The notes: a model not told the origin generated them from the letters alone. A DNA stretch of 64,000 bases from an uncultured Gammaproteobacteria bacterium (GCA_964491475.1 CAZBFO010000002.1:80501-144500); one strand, 5' to 3'; shown: positions 28,743 through 38,339, counted from the first letter of the stretch. A program made the numbers and translations.

Positions 28743-30467
28743 ATGTACACACTTGATAAAGCGAAAAACGAGGTGATCGAAGCGCTGAAAGCCGCGCTGC
28801 CGCCCGAAGTCACTGTCTCCGAAACCGACCTCTCCCGTCCGCCGCAAGCCGAGATGGGGGATTTGTCTTTTCCGTGCTTCGGCGCTGCCAAGGCGCTCAA
28901 GGGAAATCCCGCGGCAATCGCCAAGGACCTTGCTGAAAAGCTGAACCCGTCGGTGCTCATCGGCGAAGTCCGCGCGGTCGGGCCTTACGTCAATTTTTTC
29001 TTCAGCAAAAAGGCGTTCTCCACCAGCGTCCTCGAGGACGTGTTGGGACACCAGAACAAGTACGGCGACGCGCCCCGCAACGGCGAGAAGGTCCTGCTCG
29101 AGTACGGCTCGGTCAACACGCACAAGGAAGTGCACGTCGGCCACCTGCTGAACTTGTCTCTCGGCCTCTCGGTCGGTCGTCTGCTCGACGCGGCTGGCAC
29201 CAAGGTCACGCATGTCAAATACATCGGCGACGTCGGCGCGCACGTGGCCAAGTGGCTGTGGTACTACGACAAGGTCCGCCGCGGAGAAGTCGGCGGCCGC
29301 ACCACCCTCACCGAGCATCACGAGATGGCCCAGTTCGGAAAGATCTACACCGAGGCCACGCAGCTCGCCGAGTCCGACGAGGAGAAGTACAAGCCGGAGA
29401 TTTCCGCCGTGCTGCAAAAGCTGGAAGCCCGCGACCCCGAATGGGAAGACCTGTGGATTCGCACCCGCGACGCCTGCCTGCAGCAGATCGACCACATCTT
29501 CACCGAACTCGGCGCGCACTTCGCGCGCACCTATCTTGAGTCCGAGGTCGAAGGACCGGGCAAGGAGCTGGTAAAGGAGCTGCTGGCCAAGGGCATCGCC
29601 AAGGTAGGCGAGAAGGGTGCCATCATCGTGGACCTCGAAGCCGAGAACCTCGGCGTCTTCCTGGTGCTCAAGTCCGACGGCACCGCGCTGTATTCCACCA
29701 AGGAGCTGGCGCTCGCCGGCCTCAAGTTCCGCGAATACCCGGATACCGACCGCAGCCTGCACGTGGTCGACAACCGCCAGGCGCTCTACTTCAAGCAGTT
29801 CTTCGCTACGCTCAAGAAGCTCGGCTTCGACAAGCCGATGGCCCACGTGAGCCACGACTTCGTCACGCTGGTCGGCGGCGCCATGTCCTCGCGCAAGGGC
29901 AACATCATCACCCTCGAGGACTTCCGCGATCAGATGAAGGCCTTGGTCCGCGAGGAAACCGCCAAGCGTCATGCAGACTGGGACGAGGCCAAGATTGAGA
30001 AGACCGTCTGGATCATTGCCGAGGGCGCCATGAAGTTCGGCATGCTCAAGCAGGACACCGACCGTCCGCTCACCTTCGACATGGCCGCCGCGCTGTCGTT
30101 CGACGGCTTCACCGGCCCGTACATCCAGTACGCCCACGCCCGACTCTCCACCATCCTCGGCAAGGCGGAAGGGGAAACCGTTTCCGTCTGTGCTGCCGAC
30201 GACGATGACAAGGAGTTCGCCCTGCTGCGCATCGTTGCCGACCTGCCGCAGACCGTCCTCGCGGCCGCGCGCGACTTCCGCCCTTCGACCGTCGCCCAAT
30301 ACCTGTTCGAGCTGGCCCAGGCATCCAACGAATTCTACCGCGACGTGCCGGTGCTTGCCGCCGAGTCGGCCGATCGCGCGCGCCGACTGGCCATCGTGGC
30401 CGCGGCGCGCGTGGCGCTGGCCAACGGTTTGGCGTTGCTGGGCATCCGCGCGCCGGAAGAGATGTAG
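28743..30467 (+). CDS. argS: arginine--tRNA ligase
   Basis: N-terminal Arg-tRNA-synthetase domain, class I motif EVHVGHL, C-terminal DALR anticodon-binding domain; 574 aa. Confidence 0.9.
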   Translation: MYTLDKAKNEVIEALKAALPPEVTVSETDLSRPPQAEMGDLSFPCFGAAKALKGNPAAIAKDLAEKLNPSVLIGEVRAVGPYVNFFFSKKAFSTSVLEDVLGHQNKYGDAPRNGEKVLLEYGSVNTHKEVHVGHLLNLSLGLSVGRLLDAAGTKVTHVKYIGDVGAHVAKWLWYYDKVRRGEVGGRTTLTEHHEMAQFGKIYTEATQLAESDEEKYKPEISAVLQKLEARDPEWEDLWIRTRDACLQQIDHIFTELGAHFARTYLESEVEGPGKELVKELLAKGIAKVGEKGAIIVDLEAENLGVFLVLKSDGTALYSTKELALAGLKFREYPDTDRSLHVVDNRQALYFKQFFATLKKLGFDKPMAHVSHDFVTLVGGAMSSRKGNIITLEDFRDQMKALVREETAKRHADWDEAKIEKTVWIIAEGAMKFGMLKQDTDRPLTFDMAAALSFDGFTGPYIQYAHARLSTILGKAEGETVSVCAADDDDKEFALLRIVADLPQTVLAAARDFRPSTVAQYLFELAQASNEFYRDVPVLAAESADRARRLAIVAAARVALANGLALLGIRAPEEM

Positions 30468-30627
30468 CGAGAGGATTGACGCGCCGCAAAAAGTACGGTA
30501 CGTTGCGATGTCGTCCTTTCCAACCATGTCCGGAGAAGTGGGAAGCGCGCACCTGCGAGCAGTTGCCGCGTTTGTCATTTGGCCGTACAATCAACCGCAC
30601 ACTCACGCGCACAGCGGAGGCATTCTT

Positions 30628-31821
30628 ATGAAGCACGAAGCCGCAGGTACGGCGGAACTGGCGAGAATGATCGCGGCGGGGTTGCAGACCCCCTGCATTC
30701 TTCTCGACGAGGCCCGCATCGCTTCGAACTATGCTTCGCTGAACTCGGCTTTCGGCGAAGGCGTGGAAATATTCTTCGCCGTGAAGGCCAACAATCATCC
30801 GCTGGCAATCCGCGCCGTCGAACGGGCAGGCGGAAGCTTCGACATCGCGTCCGCGGGGGAGCTGGAACAGCTGCTCGGGCTGGGCATCGACGCCTCGCGC
30901 GTCACGTTCTCCAACCCGATGAAGATTCCTGCCGACATCGACTTCGCTCACGGGAAAGGCGTAACGCTTTTCGCCGCCGACACCGTCGACGAAATCGAGA
31001 AGCTGGCCGTCCGAGCCCCCGGTGCTCGCGTCTACATCCGCGTCGAAGTCGACAACACCGGCAGCGGCTGGCCTCTCGCCGGCAAGTTCGGCGCCACGGA
31101 AGCCGAAGCCGTGCCGTTGCTCGCGCTGGCCGCGTCGAAGGGCCTGGTCCCGTACGGGCTCACCTTCCACGTCGGATCGCAATGCGATCACCTTTCCTCC
31201 TGGCGCGCGGCGCTCGAAAAATGCTCGCGCATTTGGAAGGCGTCGGCGGAACAGGGCATGCCGCTGACCCTTCTCAATCTGGGCGGTGGCATTCCGGCAC
31301 GCTACCAAAAGGACGTGCCGCCGGTCGACGAGATCGGCACTGCCGTGCTGGCTTGGATCAAGGAGCTCATGCCCGACGCGAATCGCGTGTTCATCGAGCC
31401 GGGGAGGTACCTGGTTGCAGAGGCCGGCGTTTTCGTCACCTCGGTCATCGGCAGGGCCGTTCGCAACGGCAAGAAGAAGGTGTTCCTCGACGCCAGCGTC
31501 TTCACCGGGCTGATGGAGGCCTACGAGACCTTCTGGTACCCGACCGAGGTTTTGCGCCTCGACGCGTCGGGCAACCTCGTGACGCCGGGCGATGAGACCG
31601 AAACGGTCGCGCTGCTCGGTCCGACCTGCGATTCGGTCGACGTCATCACCGCCGGCATCGCCTTGCCCCGGATCGAGGTGGGGGACAGGATAGCGTTCTA
31701 CACGGCCGGCGCCTACACCAACTCCTATGAAGGCTACAACGGCTATGCCTTCCCCGCTGTCCATGCGGCCGCCGGGCTGCTCGCAAAGGAAAAAGCGAGG
31801 ACCAAAGTCCTCGCCAAATGA
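30628..31821 (+). CDS. type III PLP-dependent decarboxylase of the ornithine decarboxylase (eukaryotic-type ODC) family
   Basis: FAVKAN (PLP lysine), GGG loop LNLGGGIP, GPTCDSVD, AGAYTNSYEGYNGY. RBS AGCGGAGG before ATG 30628. Confidence 0.8.
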   Translation: MKHEAAGTAELARMIAAGLQTPCILLDEARIASNYASLNSAFGEGVEIFFAVKANNHPLAIRAVERAGGSFDIASAGELEQLLGLGIDASRVTFSNPMKIPADIDFAHGKGVTLFAADTVDEIEKLAVRAPGARVYIRVEVDNTGSGWPLAGKFGATEAEAVPLLALAASKGLVPYGLTFHVGSQCDHLSSWRAALEKCSRIWKASAEQGMPLTLLNLGGGIPARYQKDVPPVDEIGTAVLAWIKELMPDANRVFIEPGRYLVAEAGVFVTSVIGRAVRNGKKKVFLDASVFTGLMEAYETFWYPTEVLRLDASGNLVTPGDETETVALLGPTCDSVDVITAGIALPRIEVGDRIAFYTAGAYTNSYEGYNGYAFPAVHAAAGLLAKEKARTKVLAK

Positions 31822-31837
31822 ATCGCCGAATCCGACC

Positions 31838-32428
31838 CTACTGGCCGGATTTTTTTGTAAGCTTGAGCGCGACGTACTGCTGTCCGCCGAGCGGAACCGG
31901 TACGACTTCGTCGCTCTTCCAGGCACAGCCTTCGCGTTGCTGGGCGTTTCGCAGTCCGCCGGCGACCAGCTCCACCATGAACGGGTTCTTTTCCTGCGAG
32001 TAGTCGTAGACCACCAGGCAGTCCTCGCGATCCATCAGTTCACCCGCCGTTTCCACGAGCAGCTGCGATACCTTCTTGCCCTGCCTGATGGGCCGGACGG
32101 CGATGGCGGTGTAGTAGCAGATGCGGTTCCCGTATTCGGGAAACTGCGCACGCAGCCTGGCCGGATTGACGTAGGCGATGCGCGCCTTCTCGAGGTTGCA
32201 GGTGCAGAGGATGAACCCGCAGACTTCCCGGCCGTCAGTGACCACGAACTTCACGTAGTCCGGGTCTTTGAGCGCCGCCCCGAACGTCTCCTCGCCGTAG
32301 CAGATCTGGTCTTGGATGCACTTCGTGCCGGCGTCGCCGAACGCCTCGAGATAAGTGTTCCACAGCGCGGCGGCAAGCACCGCGTCAGAAATGGTGCTAT
32401 ATTGAGTACAAATGAACGTCGATTCCAT
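31838..32428 (-). CDS. putative GNAT-family N-acetyltransferase
   Basis: RBS AAGGAGG; motif A-like IAVRPIRQGKKVSQLL (Q/RxxGxG/A), about 190 aa. Confidence 0.45.
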   Translation of the reverse strand: MESTFICTQYSTISDAVLAAALWNTYLEAFGDAGTKCIQDQICYGEETFGAALKDPDYVKFVVTDGREVCGFILCTCNLEKARIAYVNPARLRAQFPEYGNRICYYTAIAVRPIRQGKKVSQLLVETAGELMDREDCLVVYDYSQEKNPFMVELVAGGLRNAQQREGCAWKSDEVVPVPLGGQQYVALKLTKKSGQ

Positions 32429-32498
32429 CGCCCCTCCTTTTCGGTGAACGCGTCCGACGAAAGTCGCCGACAGTCATTGTTATCATCACGAACGCCAA

Positions 32499-34184
32499 AT
32501 GTCAACGTTCTTCTCCGACTTTCCGACATTGCTTACCCAGACTTCCATCGTGAATTTTTCGGTGGCGGTATTGGCCGTGCTTCTCGGTCTGATCGTGCTG
32601 TGGGGCAAACGGACCAGCCCGATTCATCAGCTTTTTTTCCTAGTCGCCTTCGACACGGGTTTCTGGTCGTTCTCGTCGACGATGGCCGACGTGGTCCGCG
32701 ATACGGCGTCCGCGATGACCTGGACCAAGATGGCCATCGTGGGCCCCTTCTTCCTGTCTGCGGCGTTCCTCTGCCTGTCGTACTATTTTTCCGAAAAGAA
32801 AGAGACGTTGAGCAAAAAGAAGGCATTCGTCATCTTCCTTCCCAGCATCGTCGCCCTCGCGCTTACGCCCACCAGCCTGAACGTCGTCAGCGTGACCCTG
32901 CAGCCCTGGGGCACCGATTTCGTGCCCGGGCCCCTTTACACGGTGCTTCTCGCGCATCTCCTGCTGTACTTCATGCTTGCCGGCAGGCGCCTGTACCGCG
33001 CCTACCGCAAGAGCGCCGATCCCATCGCCAGAAAGCAGATCCTGTTCCTGATGGCGGGCATCATCCTCGTGGTCGCCTCGGGTGTCATCACCAACCTGAT
33101 CCTGCCGACGGTCTTCGATTACACGCGCGCCAGCGTCATCGGCCCGGCGGCGACGCTGTTCTTCGTCATCCTGACGATGTATGCCATCGTCCGGCACGGC
33201 CTGCTGAACCTGAAGATCATCGCCACGGAAATTTTCGCGGGCATCTTCGTCTTCATCAATTTCATCCAGCTGTTCAATTCCGCGACTACGGCCGAGTTCG
33301 CCACCAACGTGACGGTGTTCGTCTGCACGACGCTCGCCGCGATCCTGCTCATCCGCAGCGTCTTCGACGAGGTCCGCCGGCGCGAGGAAATCCAGACGCT
33401 CGCCGCCCAACTCGAATCCGCCAACGCCCACCTCAAGGAGATGGACAGCCTCAAGAACGAGTTCATTTCCATCGCCTCGCACCAGCTGCGCACTCCCATC
33501 ACCGTCATCAAGGGGTATCTGGCGCTGATGCTCGAGGGCGCCTACGGGCCGCTCTCCGACTCGCTGCACGAGAAGGTCGTGAACATGAACCTGATGAACG
33601 AGCGCCTGGTGCAGATGATCAACAACATGCTGAACGTCTCGCGCATCGAGAAGAACCGCATCGAGTACACCTGCGCCGTCATCGACCTGTATCCGGTCAT
33701 CGGCCAGGCCGTCGAGGAGATGGCCGCAAAGGCATCGATGAAGGGGATCGGCCTGCGCATCGAGGGTGCCACGTTCGGACCAGTCGAGGCGTATGTCGAC
33801 ATGGAAAAGACCATCGAGATACTTTCCAACCTGATCGACAATTCCATAAAGTATTCGTCCAAGGGAACGATCTCGATCTCCGCGACGCTCTTCGTCAGGA
33901 AGAAATGCGTGGTGGTGACCGTCGCCGACGAGGGATACGGCATGAACAAGGAGGACCTGCAGAAAGTCTTCACGAAGTTCTACAGGTCCAGCGACCCGGC
34001 GATCGTGAGCCAGGGCGGGACCGGTCTCGGCCTGTACGTCTGCGCCATGTTCGTCCGCGGCATGGGCGGCGACATCTGGGTCGAGAAGAGCGCGCCCGGA
34101 AAGGGTACGTCCATTTCCTTCGCGCTCCCGACCGAACCGGGCGGGGAATGCGCGGCACCGGCCAAGAAGAAGGCTCGCGTCTGA
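32499..34184 (+). CDS. sensor histidine kinase with polytopic N-terminal membrane domain (no cognate response regulator in the window)
   Basis: About 7 predicted TM helices, HisKA ASHQLRTP, HATPase_c N/G1/G2 boxes (LIDNSIKYS, GTGLGL). Confidence 0.8.
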   Translation: MSTFFSDFPTLLTQTSIVNFSVAVLAVLLGLIVLWGKRTSPIHQLFFLVAFDTGFWSFSSTMADVVRDTASAMTWTKMAIVGPFFLSAAFLCLSYYFSEKKETLSKKKAFVIFLPSIVALALTPTSLNVVSVTLQPWGTDFVPGPLYTVLLAHLLLYFMLAGRRLYRAYRKSADPIARKQILFLMAGIILVVASGVITNLILPTVFDYTRASVIGPAATLFFVILTMYAIVRHGLLNLKIIATEIFAGIFVFINFIQLFNSATTAEFATNVTVFVCTTLAAILLIRSVFDEVRRREEIQTLAAQLESANAHLKEMDSLKNEFISIASHQLRTPITVIKGYLALMLEGAYGPLSDSLHEKVVNMNLMNERLVQMINNMLNVSRIEKNRIEYTCAVIDLYPVIGQAVEEMAAKASMKGIGLRIEGATFGPVEAYVDMEKTIEILSNLIDNSIKYSSKGTISISATLFVRKKCVVVTVADEGYGMNKEDLQKVFTKFYRSSDPAIVSQGGTGLGLYVCAMFVRGMGGDIWVEKSAPGKGTSISFALPTEPGGECAAPAKKKARV

Positions 34185-34200
34185 CGTGAGGGGAGGGGCT

Positions 34201-34222
34201 TGGCCGGTTTTCGGCCTTTTTG
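34201..34222 (+). terminator. rho-independent terminator after the histidine kinase
   Basis: ggccg-gttttc-ggcc then ttttt. Confidence 0.45.
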
Positions 34223-34247
34223 ACACTCCGTAGGGCGCTGTTATAAT
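34220..34247 (+). promoter_or_regulatory. sigma70-type promoter, perfect TTGACA-16-TATAAT, upstream of bactofilin
   Basis: TTGACA 34220-34225; TATAAT 34242-34247. Confidence 0.55.
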
Positions 34248-34313
34248 CAGCCTGTCTTAAACCATTTCCCACAGGGCGTCTCCACAGAGCCGCACGCTTG
34301 GGCGCTTGTCTCT

Positions 34314-34778
34314 ATGTTTCAGAAAAACACGTCGTCGGATCGCGAATTCGGTGGAGCGCATGAACCGGAAACCGTCATCGCCGCTTCGGTGAAGGTCGAG
34401 GGTGACTTCCAGAGCCAGGGCAACGTCCTGATCGAAGGCGTGGTCGAGGGCAGCCTCAAGACCGAACGGGACCTCCGCGTGGGCGAGCGCGCCCGCATTT
34501 CTGCCGACGTCGCCGCCGCCAACGCCACGGTTGCCGGCGAGGTCCGCGGCAACCTGATCGTCAGCGAGCGCCTTGAGCTCGAGGCGACCGCGCGCATTTT
34601 CGGCGACATCCGCACCAAGACGCTGGTGGTCGCCAACGGCGCCACCCTCAACGGCAGGCTCGTCATGGGCGCAGAGGCCGTCGAGGAGCCGCGCAAGGGC
34701 CGCAACGCCAAGACCGCCGCGGAGATCGTGAAGGAAGAGGAGGAGAAGACGCTCGCGCCGTTCCTCACCCGCAGCTAA
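34314..34778 (+). CDS. bactofilin (DUF583) family cytoskeletal protein
   Basis: Repetitive beta-helical VKVEGDF...GNVLIEGVVEGSL...AGEVRGNLIV...ATLNGRL, flanked by charged termini. Confidence 0.75.
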   Translation: MFQKNTSSDREFGGAHEPETVIAASVKVEGDFQSQGNVLIEGVVEGSLKTERDLRVGERARISADVAAANATVAGEVRGNLIVSERLELEATARIFGDIRTKTLVVANGATLNGRLVMGAEAVEEPRKGRNAKTAAEIVKEEEEKTLAPFLTRS

Positions 34779-34814
34779 TCACCCGCTGACGGAAAAGGCC
34801 GTCGCCCGAACACG

Positions 34815-35636
34815 ATGTATTTCTACATCTACGATTCGTTTCTTGCGGAGAAGAAGTACGAACGGGTCATCGCGTCCATCGAGACGCGGCTGACCGATTT
34901 GGGCATCTCCGGAAAGATCGGTCGGCTCACGCCTTTCACCAACGCCCGCGGCCTGATCCGCGACGAGGTGCGCCGCGGCGTCCAGACTATCGTGGTGGTC
35001 GGCAACGACGAGACCGTGGCCAAGGTGGTCGGCGGCATCGACGACGCCAAGATCACCTTGGGGTTCATCCCGGTCGGCGTCGGCACGATGATCGCCCGAT
35101 CGCTCGGCATCCCCGAAGGCGAGGAAGCCTGCGAAGTGCTGTCCCGCCGCGTCACCCAGAAGATCGACCTCGGCTCGGTGAACGGCCACCTGTTCCTGTC
35201 GCAGGTGCGCATGCCCGGCGGCAAGGTGACCATCGAGAGCGAGGGCAAGTTCCGCATCACCTCGCTGGTCGAGGACTGCGAGATCATCGTCAGCAACATG
35301 CGCCTCTCCGAGGAGACGGTCGCCTCCGAGTCCGCCAAGCTGCAGGCCGTCGAGTCCACCGGCTATTCCGTCGGGGACCCCATGGACGGCTGGCTGGACG
35401 CGCTCATCACCTCGCGCTCCACCTCGTTCCTGTCGCGCTTCCGCGGCGGGGGAGACGTGGACCGCTCGGTGATTCCCACCAAGCGCCTGTCGGTGACCAG
35501 CGAGGAGCCCATCGCCATCGAGGCCGACGGCCGCCATTTCAGCCATAACGTCGTTTCCATCGAAATCATTCCCGACCGCCTCAAGGTCATCACCGGCCGC
35601 GAGCGGGTGTTCGCCCAGGCGGGCGCGGGGGCTTGA
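34815..35636 (+). CDS. YegS/DAGK-catalytic-domain lipid kinase family protein
   Basis: MYFYIYDSF N-terminus; TIVVVGNDETVAKVVGG (degenerate GGDGT), IPVGVGT. Confidence 0.6.
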   Translation: MYFYIYDSFLAEKKYERVIASIETRLTDLGISGKIGRLTPFTNARGLIRDEVRRGVQTIVVVGNDETVAKVVGGIDDAKITLGFIPVGVGTMIARSLGIPEGEEACEVLSRRVTQKIDLGSVNGHLFLSQVRMPGGKVTIESEGKFRITSLVEDCEIIVSNMRLSEETVASESAKLQAVESTGYSVGDPMDGWLDALITSRSTSFLSRFRGGGDVDRSVIPTKRLSVTSEEPIAIEADGRHFSHNVVSIEIIPDRLKVITGRERVFAQAGAGA

Positions 35637-35691
35637 TATATTTTCAGGCCGGTAGTACTCTTTTGGACACGTCAAATCAACGACGAATCGC

Positions 35692-35778
35692 GCGGTTGTG
35701 GCGAAACTGGCAGACGCACCACTTTGAGGGGGTGGCGGGGGCAACCTCGTGAGGGTTCAAATCCCTCCAACCGCACCA
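35692..35778 (+). tRNA. tRNA-Leu: tRNA-Leu (anticodon GAG), type II with long variable arm, CCA encoded
   Basis: Acceptor GCGGTTG/CAACCGC, 3-bp D stem, anticodon stem CCACT/GGTGG with loop TTGAGGG, 15-nt variable arm, T arm GAGGG-TTCAAAT-CCCTC. Confidence 0.85.
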
Positions 35779-35786
35779 CAAAGCAT

Positions 35787-35809
35787 CCCAACCTCGTTGG
35801 GGTTTTTTG
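35787..35809 (+). terminator. rho-independent terminator after tRNA-Leu
   Basis: cccaac-ctc-gttggg then tttttt. Confidence 0.5.
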
Positions 35810-35826
35810 TTGTCAGGGTTGTCCCG

Positions 35827-35855
35827 TTGCCCCTAAACGGGCGACAAGCTATAGT
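35827..35855 (+). promoter_or_regulatory. candidate promoter for tRNA-Val(TAC)
   Basis: TTGCCC-17-TATAGT, ending 25 nt before the tRNA 5' end. Confidence 0.35.
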
Positions 35856-35880
35856 TAGCCCCGTAAGCCCGTTTCGATCG

Positions 35881-35957
35881 GGACGATTAGCTCAGTTGGT
35901 TAGAGCATCTCGTTTACACCGAGAGGGTCGAAGGTTCGAATCCTTCATCGTCCACCA
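35881..35957 (+). tRNA. tRNA-Val: tRNA-Val (anticodon TAC), CCA encoded
   Basis: Acceptor GGACGAT/ATCGTCC, D arm GCTC-AGTTGGTTAG-AGC, anticodon stem TCTCG/CGAGA with loop TTTACAC, T arm GAAGG-TTCGAAT-CCTTC. Confidence 0.85.
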
Positions 35958-35969
35958 CCAGAACTTCCT

Positions 35970-36242
35970 ATGTTGCACGTCATATTGCGCTTCGTAGTCG
36001 GCATGGCGCTCATGGCCGTAGGCGTCGTCTTCGTGATCAAGAGCGAATGGTTTTTGCAGAATTTCGGCGCGATTCCCTGGGCGGAACAGCACCTGGGTCT
36101 GGACGGCGGCTCCCGTCTTTTTTACAAGCTGTTCGGCGTGCTGCTGGCGCTCATGGGCATCGCCTGGGCCACCGGCCTCCTGGGCAGCATGATCATCGGC
36201 CTGCTCGGCGGCATGTTCGGCGGCAAGGTTCAACCGCAGTAA
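35970..36242 (+). CDS. small membrane protein (90 aa)
   Basis: Two predicted TM helices, Gly-rich C-terminus. Confidence 0.4.
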   Translation: MLHVILRFVVGMALMAVGVVFVIKSEWFLQNFGAIPWAEQHLGLDGGSRLFYKLFGVLLALMGIAWATGLLGSMIIGLLGGMFGGKVQPQ

Positions 36243-36257
36243 TCCGTATTTGATACT

Positions 36258-36812
36258 ATGGCGTACATCCCCACCGGCAAGGAACTCATCGATCCGTTCA
36301 AAGTTTTGGAAGAGGCGGGTCTCGGCGCAGACATGAAGATCGCCGACTTCGGCTGCGGCACGCTCGGGCACTACGTTTTCGCGGCCTCGCGCATGGTCGG
36401 GCCCGGCGGCAAGGTGTATGCGGTCGACATCCTCAAGTCGGTGCTCGACGGCATCGAGAGCATGGTGCGCATCGAACGGGTCACGAATGTCGAGACCATC
36501 TGGGGCGACTTGGAACGCGTCAACGGCGTGAAGCTGGCAGACGGCGCGTTGGACGTCGGCCTGATGATCAACAACCTCTATCTCACCCAGAAGCAGAACG
36601 AGATGACCAGGGAATGCGTGCGCATGGTGCGCTCTGGCGGCACCTTCGTCATCGTCGACTGGAAGCCGCAAGGCGCCGCCTTTGGCCCGGATCCGAAGGC
36701 TCGCGTGACTGCGGACGCGGCCATGAAGCTCGGCACGGACGCGGGTCTGACGCTGGTGAAGGAATTCGTGCCGGGTCCGTATCACTACGGTTTCATTTTC
36801 CGGAAGCCGTAA
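36258..36812 (+). CDS. class I SAM-dependent methyltransferase
   Basis: ADFGCGTLGHYV (motif I), VYAVDI (motif II). Confidence 0.7.
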   Translation: MAYIPTGKELIDPFKVLEEAGLGADMKIADFGCGTLGHYVFAASRMVGPGGKVYAVDILKSVLDGIESMVRIERVTNVETIWGDLERVNGVKLADGALDVGLMINNLYLTQKQNEMTRECVRMVRSGGTFVIVDWKPQGAAFGPDPKARVTADAAMKLGTDAGLTLVKEFVPGPYHYGFIFRKP

Positions 36813-36871
36813 ACCGGCATCAGCAATGAAAAAAGGGCCGGAGCATCCGGTCCTTTTGCGTAGTGTCGCGG

Positions 36872-37702
36872 CTACGGACTGAACTTCGCGGTCGCTTCGG
36901 CCATCCAGACGTAGTTGTCACGAACAGCTTGCAGGCCTTCGGGCGTCACCGTGGTGAAGTCGCGGTACACCTGCTTGTCGCGCATTTGCGACTTGTCGCC
37001 GTCGGGCCAGATGCGCCAGTGGTCGCCGCCGACTTCGTCCGCGACCAGCAGTTCGCCGGTCACCGCGTCGAACCCGAACTCGATCTTCATGTCGACGAGC
37101 GTCACGTTTTGCCCTGTCCAGGCCTTTTCGAGGACGAGGAAGGCGCGTTTTGTCACCGATGCCATGACGGCGGCGACGCGGCCGTCGACATTGCGTCCCC
37201 CGAAACGGAAACGTTCGGGTGGAAAGCGGTCGATCGGGCCCGCCGTCAGCGGCGTCTTGGCGTCGTAAACGAACCATTCGTCGCCGGCGCTGTCGAAGCG
37301 CATGAGCGGATCGTGCCGGGCGTCATCCTTGAGATACAGCTCGATGGCGATGTCGTCGAACCTGCTTCCTTCGGCGGCTTCGGGATTCCGCTTGAGATAG
37401 GAACCGGTGGCCAGGCGCCGCGCGACCGCTTCGACCGGAATCATGTGGCAGCGCCGCGCGCGGATGACTGTCGGTGCGCACCGCTCGATGAAGTGCGTGG
37501 CGATGCCGTTCCGATCCAGCAGGCGGAAGCAGTTGGCGACCATCGTCGTCACCAGCTCCGCCTTGCCCTCGATGACGTGCCGTCGGGCGCCGTCGCCGGC
37601 CGTGATGTCGTCCTTGTTCTCGATCAGCACGGTCTCTTCGGACCAGATGATCTTGGTTTTGCCTTCAGCGACTTTTCGCAAGGCGCTCGGTCGTCGCTCC
37701 AT
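36872..37702 (-). CDS. purC: phosphoribosylaminoimidazole-succinocarboxamide synthase
   Basis: EGKTK, GDGARR, LVDMKIEFG motifs. Start MERRPSAL, with AAGGAGAGGG before ATG (rev 37700-37702). Confidence 0.85.
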   Translation of the reverse strand: MERRPSALRKVAEGKTKIIWSEETVLIENKDDITAGDGARRHVIEGKAELVTTMVANCFRLLDRNGIATHFIERCAPTVIRARRCHMIPVEAVARRLATGSYLKRNPEAAEGSRFDDIAIELYLKDDARHDPLMRFDSAGDEWFVYDAKTPLTAGPIDRFPPERFRFGGRNVDGRVAAVMASVTKRAFLVLEKAWTGQNVTLVDMKIEFGFDAVTGELLVADEVGGDHWRIWPDGDKSQMRDKQVYRDFTTVTPEGLQAVRDNYVWMAEATAKFSP

Positions 37703-37899
37703 TGCCCTCTCCTTTGCGCCGCAGTTTTGCGGCAGTTTTGCAAAAGAACCGCCGAATGCGGAGGTCCACAGCATACGTTCGGGCCGCCTCGCGGTCAAGG
37801 ACGGCCGGCAGCGGCAGGCCGGCCAAAACGGCGCTTGCCATTTCCGCACCTCTTCTCTACAATTCGGTCTCGAACGACTGTTGTCCCCGTACTATCCCT

Positions 37900-38328
37900 A
37901 TGGCCATTTTCAGCAGCCTCGCCGTCTTTCTCGACTACAAGTATTGGATTAACCTGCATCCGGTGGCACTGGGTCCGGAGCTGGTGAACGGCATCCTGTC
38001 GTTCTTCGCGTGGTTCGTCGTCGCGGCCGTCGTGCTTCGCCTCGCGGCCCGCGGCCTCAAGAAGAAGCAGCCGCGGGTGTCCCAGCTGCTTCGCAAGTTC
38101 GCCGGTCCGCTGTTCGTCACCGGCATCCTCGGCCTGCTGCTCCTGTTCTTCACCTACGAGCAGGCGCCGGTGCTGGGCATGCGCATGTGGTTCCTGCTCC
38201 TCGGCCTGTACTTCCTGTTCCTGATCGGCCGCGTCGCGACCTTCGCGGTCATCGATTTCCCGCAGCTGCGGCGCGAAGACGCGGAGCGCGCTCGCCTCCA
38301 GAAGTACATGCCCGGAAAAAAGAAGTAA
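37900..38328 (+). CDS. hypothetical membrane protein
   Basis: MAIFSSLAVFLDYKYW...; 3-4 predicted TM helices. Confidence 0.45.
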   Translation: MAIFSSLAVFLDYKYWINLHPVALGPELVNGILSFFAWFVVAAVVLRLAARGLKKKQPRVSQLLRKFAGPLFVTGILGLLLLFFTYEQAPVLGMRMWFLLLGLYFLFLIGRVATFAVIDFPQLRREDAERARLQKYMPGKKK

Positions 38329-38339
38329 CCCCTCCGACC

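Noticed and set aside
27498-30590. 1030-aa minus-strand ORF spanning tyrS and argS
   Set aside because: Antisense to two unambiguous aminoacyl-tRNA synthetase genes. Long stop-free antisense frames are expected in DNA of this GC content; it has no RBS, Ala/Arg/Gly-rich low-complexity translation and no motif.
31727-34189. 820-aa plus-strand ORF and 528-aa minus-strand ORF over the histidine kinase region
   Set aside because: Both lie in the wrong frame or strand relative to the kinase ORF that carries HisKA/HATPase motifs. They are GC-driven artefacts.
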